This document shows, in pieces, positions 59,277 through 64,000 of a DNA stretch of 64,000 nucleotides. The position numbers were made by a program, and so were the translations under genes. Every line of letters starts with the position of its first letter. Position 1 is the first letter of the stretch. Where the stretch lies: the NCBI GenBank assembly GCA_012295275.1, contig CM022669.1, forward strand, positions 9,548,001 to 9,612,000. The letters are read 5' to 3'. The notes under the pieces are model-generated. The model saw only the letters and a program-made list of their open reading frames with translations, was not told where the DNA came from and ran no database searches. This DNA comes from Chrysomallon squamiferum. Lineage: Eukaryota > Animalia > Mollusca.

Positions 59277-59903
59277 AAAGTAGGCGGATTAATCTAGTGT
59301 TACATATAGAAGACTATTATAGTGGTATGGATATACTACTGTATCTTATGTTTCACTAATCTTCTAATTCTAAACTTTTACTTGTGTGACTTGCTGCACG
59401 TTTTACGTAACTGATCACATTTTTTTTTTCTTCGATGTACTCTAATCAGTTTAGGAATAATTGAATCTTCTTCATGCAACTTCTTTTTTCAGTCTTCTTC
59501 TTTTTCTTTCTTTCTTTCATTTTTTTTTTCCTTTTCTCTCTCTCTTTTTGTAGTTGAATCATTGATGTTTCTTTCATCGTTGTCAAATTTAGTTTTAAAA
59601 ATGGATTTAATTTGACATTATTATTTATTAAATTACCATGTTTACTAAAACATTTTGAACATTCAATTGCTGAGTGGAATAATCACATTTGAAAAAATCG
59701 TCAGTTAGTTCTGAGAATGATAATCGTTTTAAACGACTCTGTTCTATTTATTATAAATATATAAATACAAAATCCTTTTTCAGTGCAGACAGAAACATAG
59801 AAAAAAAAAAAACACACACAAATGCATACAAAGACAGACACACACACAGTGAACATAAACATTGTTTTGTTTTTTTAACGATATATGTGTTTTTATTTTT
59901 CAG

Positions 59904-59927
59904 CTGGATCCAATAACGTAAAACGAG
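59904..59927 (+). CDS. 24-nt microexon, membrane-proximal stalk (AGSNNVKR)
   Basis: ttttatttttcag acceptor; CGAG|gtaagt consensus donor. Phase 1 to 1 and open in frame. Confidence 0.85.
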
Positions 59928-60180
59928 GTAAGTGTTGGCTGATTTGGTCAATAAAGTTGGTATCTGATAAATCTTTAGTTACGTAATAGCATGTGTGACG
60001 TAACTGACGTCACAGTTCTCTGAGTTACGTCTGAATGAACACAGCATATTATTCATTTTATATCTAATGAAGACGTGATTCATTTTTACTTATCACGGAT
60101 CGGAATTTTGGTTTGTAAAAGAGATAGTGATCATTAGAGTTTTCGTTAAACCTTTTTTCAAAGAGGCAAAGATATATATA

Positions 60181-60900
60181 TGACCGAGCTCGTATCTCAA
60201 TTTGCTCTTATATCAAATCAGTTTTCCCAACTGAAATTAACTGAAATACCATTAATCCTTTCCATCCCCCAAAAACCATCCCATTTTTTTATTTTATTAT
60301 TTTTTATTGATTGTAACCTTTTTAAATAAGAAAAATGTATTTATAAATGACAAATATTGTAAAAAAACAAAATAAAAGACAATGTAAAGAAATATATTGG
60401 TTTGGTAAAGTGTATTTATCGTGGAGATCAGATAAATTATTTCAACATCTTTGGCTGGAGTTACAGCCTTTATCGACTCCTTCAGCTTCAGTTTGGTACA
60501 CATCGTAGAAGTACTACACTCGTACTGCCTAGCCACATCGACTATATGCACAACTCGCTCATGTTTGTCTATGAATTCAAGCTTTAATTCAATGGACATC
60601 ATCGCTTCTTCTTCTCAGCACTGTCCTTTGCACTCACTTTCTTAGGATCCATGACCAGAAAATATTTTTTGACAAAATACTGCACAAAACGCGAGCACAA
60701 CACAACAGAGATGCTTCCGCGGTCACGTAACCACGTGAAATAAACGAATGAGTCTTGGGATGCTGGCCGGATGTTATGTTGTTCGTTGCTCCATCTAGCG
60801 AAGTCGTATCTGAAGTTCGCTCGTAACTTGTATTTTGCTCGCAACTCAAAACAAAAAATCGCCCGGGCGCCTGCTCATAACTCGAAAAACTCATAAGTGA
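60181..60900 (-). mobile_element. Internally deleted Tigger/pogo-type (Tc1/mariner superfamily) DNA transposon in the last intron
   Basis: Contains a CENP-B/psq-like HTH N-terminus. Repeated subterminal motif GCTCGTA(T/A)CTCAA-like at both ends (60188-60217 and 60819-60898). Outermost TIR bases are not recognisable. Confidence 0.75.
60432..60652 (-). pseudogene. Frameshifted Tigger transposase N-terminal HTH fragment
   Basis: MDPKKVSAKDSAEKKKR (ATG 60652), a 1-nt frameshift near 60603, then MMSIELKLEFIDKHERVVHIVDVARQYECSTSTMCTKLKLKESIKAVTPAKDVEII, the typical TIGD/Tigger HTH. Truncated thereafter. Confidence 0.85.
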
Positions 60901-60927
60901 ATAAATAAGAAGTAAATAAGTAAAAAA

Positions 60928-60958
<31 letters not shown>

Positions 60959-62391
60959 ATGCTGAAATCTCCGTACCAAATCTTCATATTATATACTAAG
61001 TTCAGTATAATTAAATAAATTTATTTTTGTTTGCTATATTTCTCTCAGTAACATAACTGTATTTGACGACCATTATAAGATCAGACAGTGTCCAAGCTCT
61101 TTGTCTTCTTTGAAACAAAATTGAATTTATTTTTTGTTCCCTTATATTGTTAAAATGTACTTGATATTCCTTGTAACATCAGACAAAATGTTACTCCCAA
61201 CATTAAGAAAATAATAACAAAAAAAAAAATTATAAAAAAAAATGTCTACTAAATGCCTTCTAATTCAAGTTCAGAATGTTCAATCATCTTTCTGAACTTC
61301 GTGTTATTAGTTTCAGTTTGTTTGTGATTTTCGTCTTTGCTGTGTAGATAATGTGCGTTGTCGGCAAATCGAGACGTTTTACCAATGCTTTGAGAATCGT
61401 TTACACCATATTCACTTTGACAGAGACTTCAAAAGAAGCGCATTAAATCAATAGATATTCTAACCTTCGCCACAAACAGAATACTTCTCCTTCAGCCCGT
61501 GTGTTGCACACAGTTAACAGATGCCCGCTTTATTGCAATTTCACAGATTACAAACGTATTTGAGAGTGGCTCTTTCTAGACGTTTAAATAAGATTTTTAT
61601 TAAATATGTCTGTTATCTGAACGTAAAGCGGAAGAGAGAAAAAAAGAGAAGAAATAATAAAAAGGAATATAAAAAGAAACAGTTTTGTCACAGCTAAAAT
61701 TGTTGTGTTGTTTTTATATGAGAAAAAAAAGAAAAAAGGCCTGATTGATGGTTACAGTGGAAGTCTTTATTTACATCATTTAATTTTCATCACATGCATT
61801 TTTTTTCTGAAAGACAGAGGAGTGACTTATTCAAGAACATTTTGTTTCAGATGATTTAACATACATAATGTTTTGTTTTTTACATTAAAGAAAACTCTTT
61901 CGTATCAATCTTTGATTAATATACTTTTTTATTATTATTTAATTCTTTTTATTTATTTATTTTCAATCTTTGAATAAAAAGCCAATGTTTTTAACTACTT
62001 CCAGATGGTATATTTCTTGAATAAAAAATCTATATTTTCGTTCGTGAAAAATCAGTGCTTTTCATAACCACACACATCCAGTTACATTTGAATATGCAAA
62101 AACTAAAAAAAAAACGATATTGTTTATATATAAACACACACTCACACACACAGACACACACACACACACACAACACACACACACACACACATATACGTAT
62201 TTAGGAACAAATATTCTGATTAGACTTTGCACATAGACAACATTCGGGAACGGACTGACACAGGAGAATGAAGTCCAATGACGACCTGACAAATGTCAGA
62301 TGTCGCTGACGAGACTCGAACGTACAAAACCCATTAGCCAGCCCTCCAGTGGCGGACGACAAAAACATTCATTACAGTTGTTACTGTTTTT

Positions 62392-62428
<37 letters not shown>

Positions 62429-62463
62429 TGTTGTTGTTATTATATCATTATTGTATTTTTCAG

Positions 62464-62570
62464 CCGGATCTCTCGGACTGGAAAGCAGAGCGGAAGGACT
62501 ATTGCCAAAGGAATTGTATCATCTCCTGTGTTTTATAGTTATCATAGCCATTCACGTGACATTTGTATGA
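62464..62570 (+). CDS. Terminal coding exon, GPI-anchor-like signal (AGSLGLESRAEGLLPKELYHLLCFIVIIAIHVTFV*)
   Basis: tatttttcag acceptor, phase-1 compatible. Small residues (S-R-A), a spacer, then a hydrophobic C-terminus ending at the stop with no cytoplasmic tail, as in GPI-anchored Dprs. Confidence 0.85.
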
Positions 62571-64000
62571 CTTTAACCAACATGTTTCAACCAACTGTAT
62601 TCATTTCCCTGGATCTGAGTAGTCTGGCATGTTTTTCAGTCTGTTATCGGTTAAATTCCTGTGAATTTGGCAAAGAAAGTTAATTTTCTAGAAAATTTGA
62701 TAAATTGGAGATAGGGCGGCTGTTCGAGATATAATCTGTGACTAAACATCGATAGTTGGAGGTATCGGAATATCGATCAGTAGTAGTTCGAGATAAGCAC
62801 CGTGTTAATGTTCAGCATCAAACTATTCGTTCATTCCACTTTGAGTTAACTCAGGGTCAGTTAAAGACAGAAAACTGATGGATTCCGAATCAAGATTATT
62901 ATTATTATTATTATTATTATTAGTAGTAGTATTAGTAGTAGTATCATTTATTTATTTTTTTAATTTTATTATTATTATTATTAATTTTTTTTTTCCTCTC
63001 AACATTACTCAACGGGCCCATTCAGCCAATCCGCACCATTTGTTATCATTTACAAATATGCACCCCTTCAAGTCATAAAAAACCTTCACAGACGCCACTA
63101 GTCACCGTCCAGTTACAAAGACGGAACGAAGCTCTGCGCCTACCTGACGAAATTGTTATGACATTTTACCAGATCTTCTCTTTTACGTTTTATAACCACC
63201 ACCACCACCACCCCGCCATTGCCGTCATTTTATGCAGTAGATTCGATTTGTACCGAATTCAGTCTGAGTCTGTGGCTGTAGGAATTAAACAACTGATACA
63301 AGGGTCCGAAATAGTTAAACAGATGAAATGAGTTTTTATTCTGTAGAAGAATAAACATAAGGAGAAACAAAACAAACGTAGCGAGTTCGTAGGCAATCAG
63401 CTGACACTTAAATCAGAACTTTTAACAAATCAGAAATTAATGTCAACGAAACATTGTTTAGTACAGCATGGACAAAAAATACGTTTCAACAACTAATAGC
63501 AAACTAGAAACCTACAAACAAACATGGACAAAAAAAGTATGTTAAATATGACGGATCGGTAAGGGAAAAAAAAAAAAAAAAACATCCGGATAAGAGAGAA
63601 AACAAAGTCAATAATACGACTGAACAGGTTAGAATGAATGCAAGAACGAGCGGAGATCGCGTATCATTACGTGAAAACCAGTAGAAGGGAAAGGATCTAC
63701 AGAAGACAACGAGACAATGGAGTAGTTGTCAGAAAACTGCGAAACAGCGAGAGCTGCATGATGATGATGAAACTGAAATTATTCAGTTTTTGTTTTTCTT
63801 CTAAAGTTTGTTATATATTTCACCAGTTTGTATATATTTTGTTTCTCTGTCATTTGTTTTTACGAAGGAAGTGGCATTTTTACGCATGCTGAATATTTGT
63901 AAAAGTTTTTATGTGACAGAAACAACAACAATGGTTATTCTACTAACAGCAAACAGTCTCATTACAATTCATAATGTTTGTAATTTTGATTGTGTAGAAA

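Noticed and set aside
63350-63355. AATAAA as the gene's poly(A) signal
   Set aside because: Cannot be distinguished from background in AT-rich DNA; the 3'UTR may extend beyond the window.

Overview
Eukaryotic, AT-rich and very microsatellite-dense DNA. The style suggests an invertebrate, probably a mollusc or cephalopod; that is inference only. Almost all ORF-track entries are simple-repeat artefacts. The window holds one apparently complete spliced + strand gene that I assembled by hand from splice sites and reading phases: coding exons 21844-21907, 51897-52024, 55910-56123, 56327-56350, 56641-56931, 59904-59927 and 62464-62570 (852 nt, 283 aa). It encodes a signal peptide, two Ig domains and a GPI-type hydrophobic tail, i.e. 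a Dpr/ZIG-8-family neuronal recognition protein. It has a ~30 kb first coding intron, two 24-nt frame-preserving microexons that each encode V-K-R, and a candidate alternative last exon giving a secreted form. Also present: a decayed FLYWCH/Mutator-like DNA transposon with TIRs (~6116-6945), an internally deleted Tigger/pogo element (~60181-60900), several minisatellites, a putative Inr-type promoter near 19.8-19.9 kb, and an 86-nt intronic hairpin. No prokaryotic features, CRISPR arrays, tRNA or rRNA genes were found.
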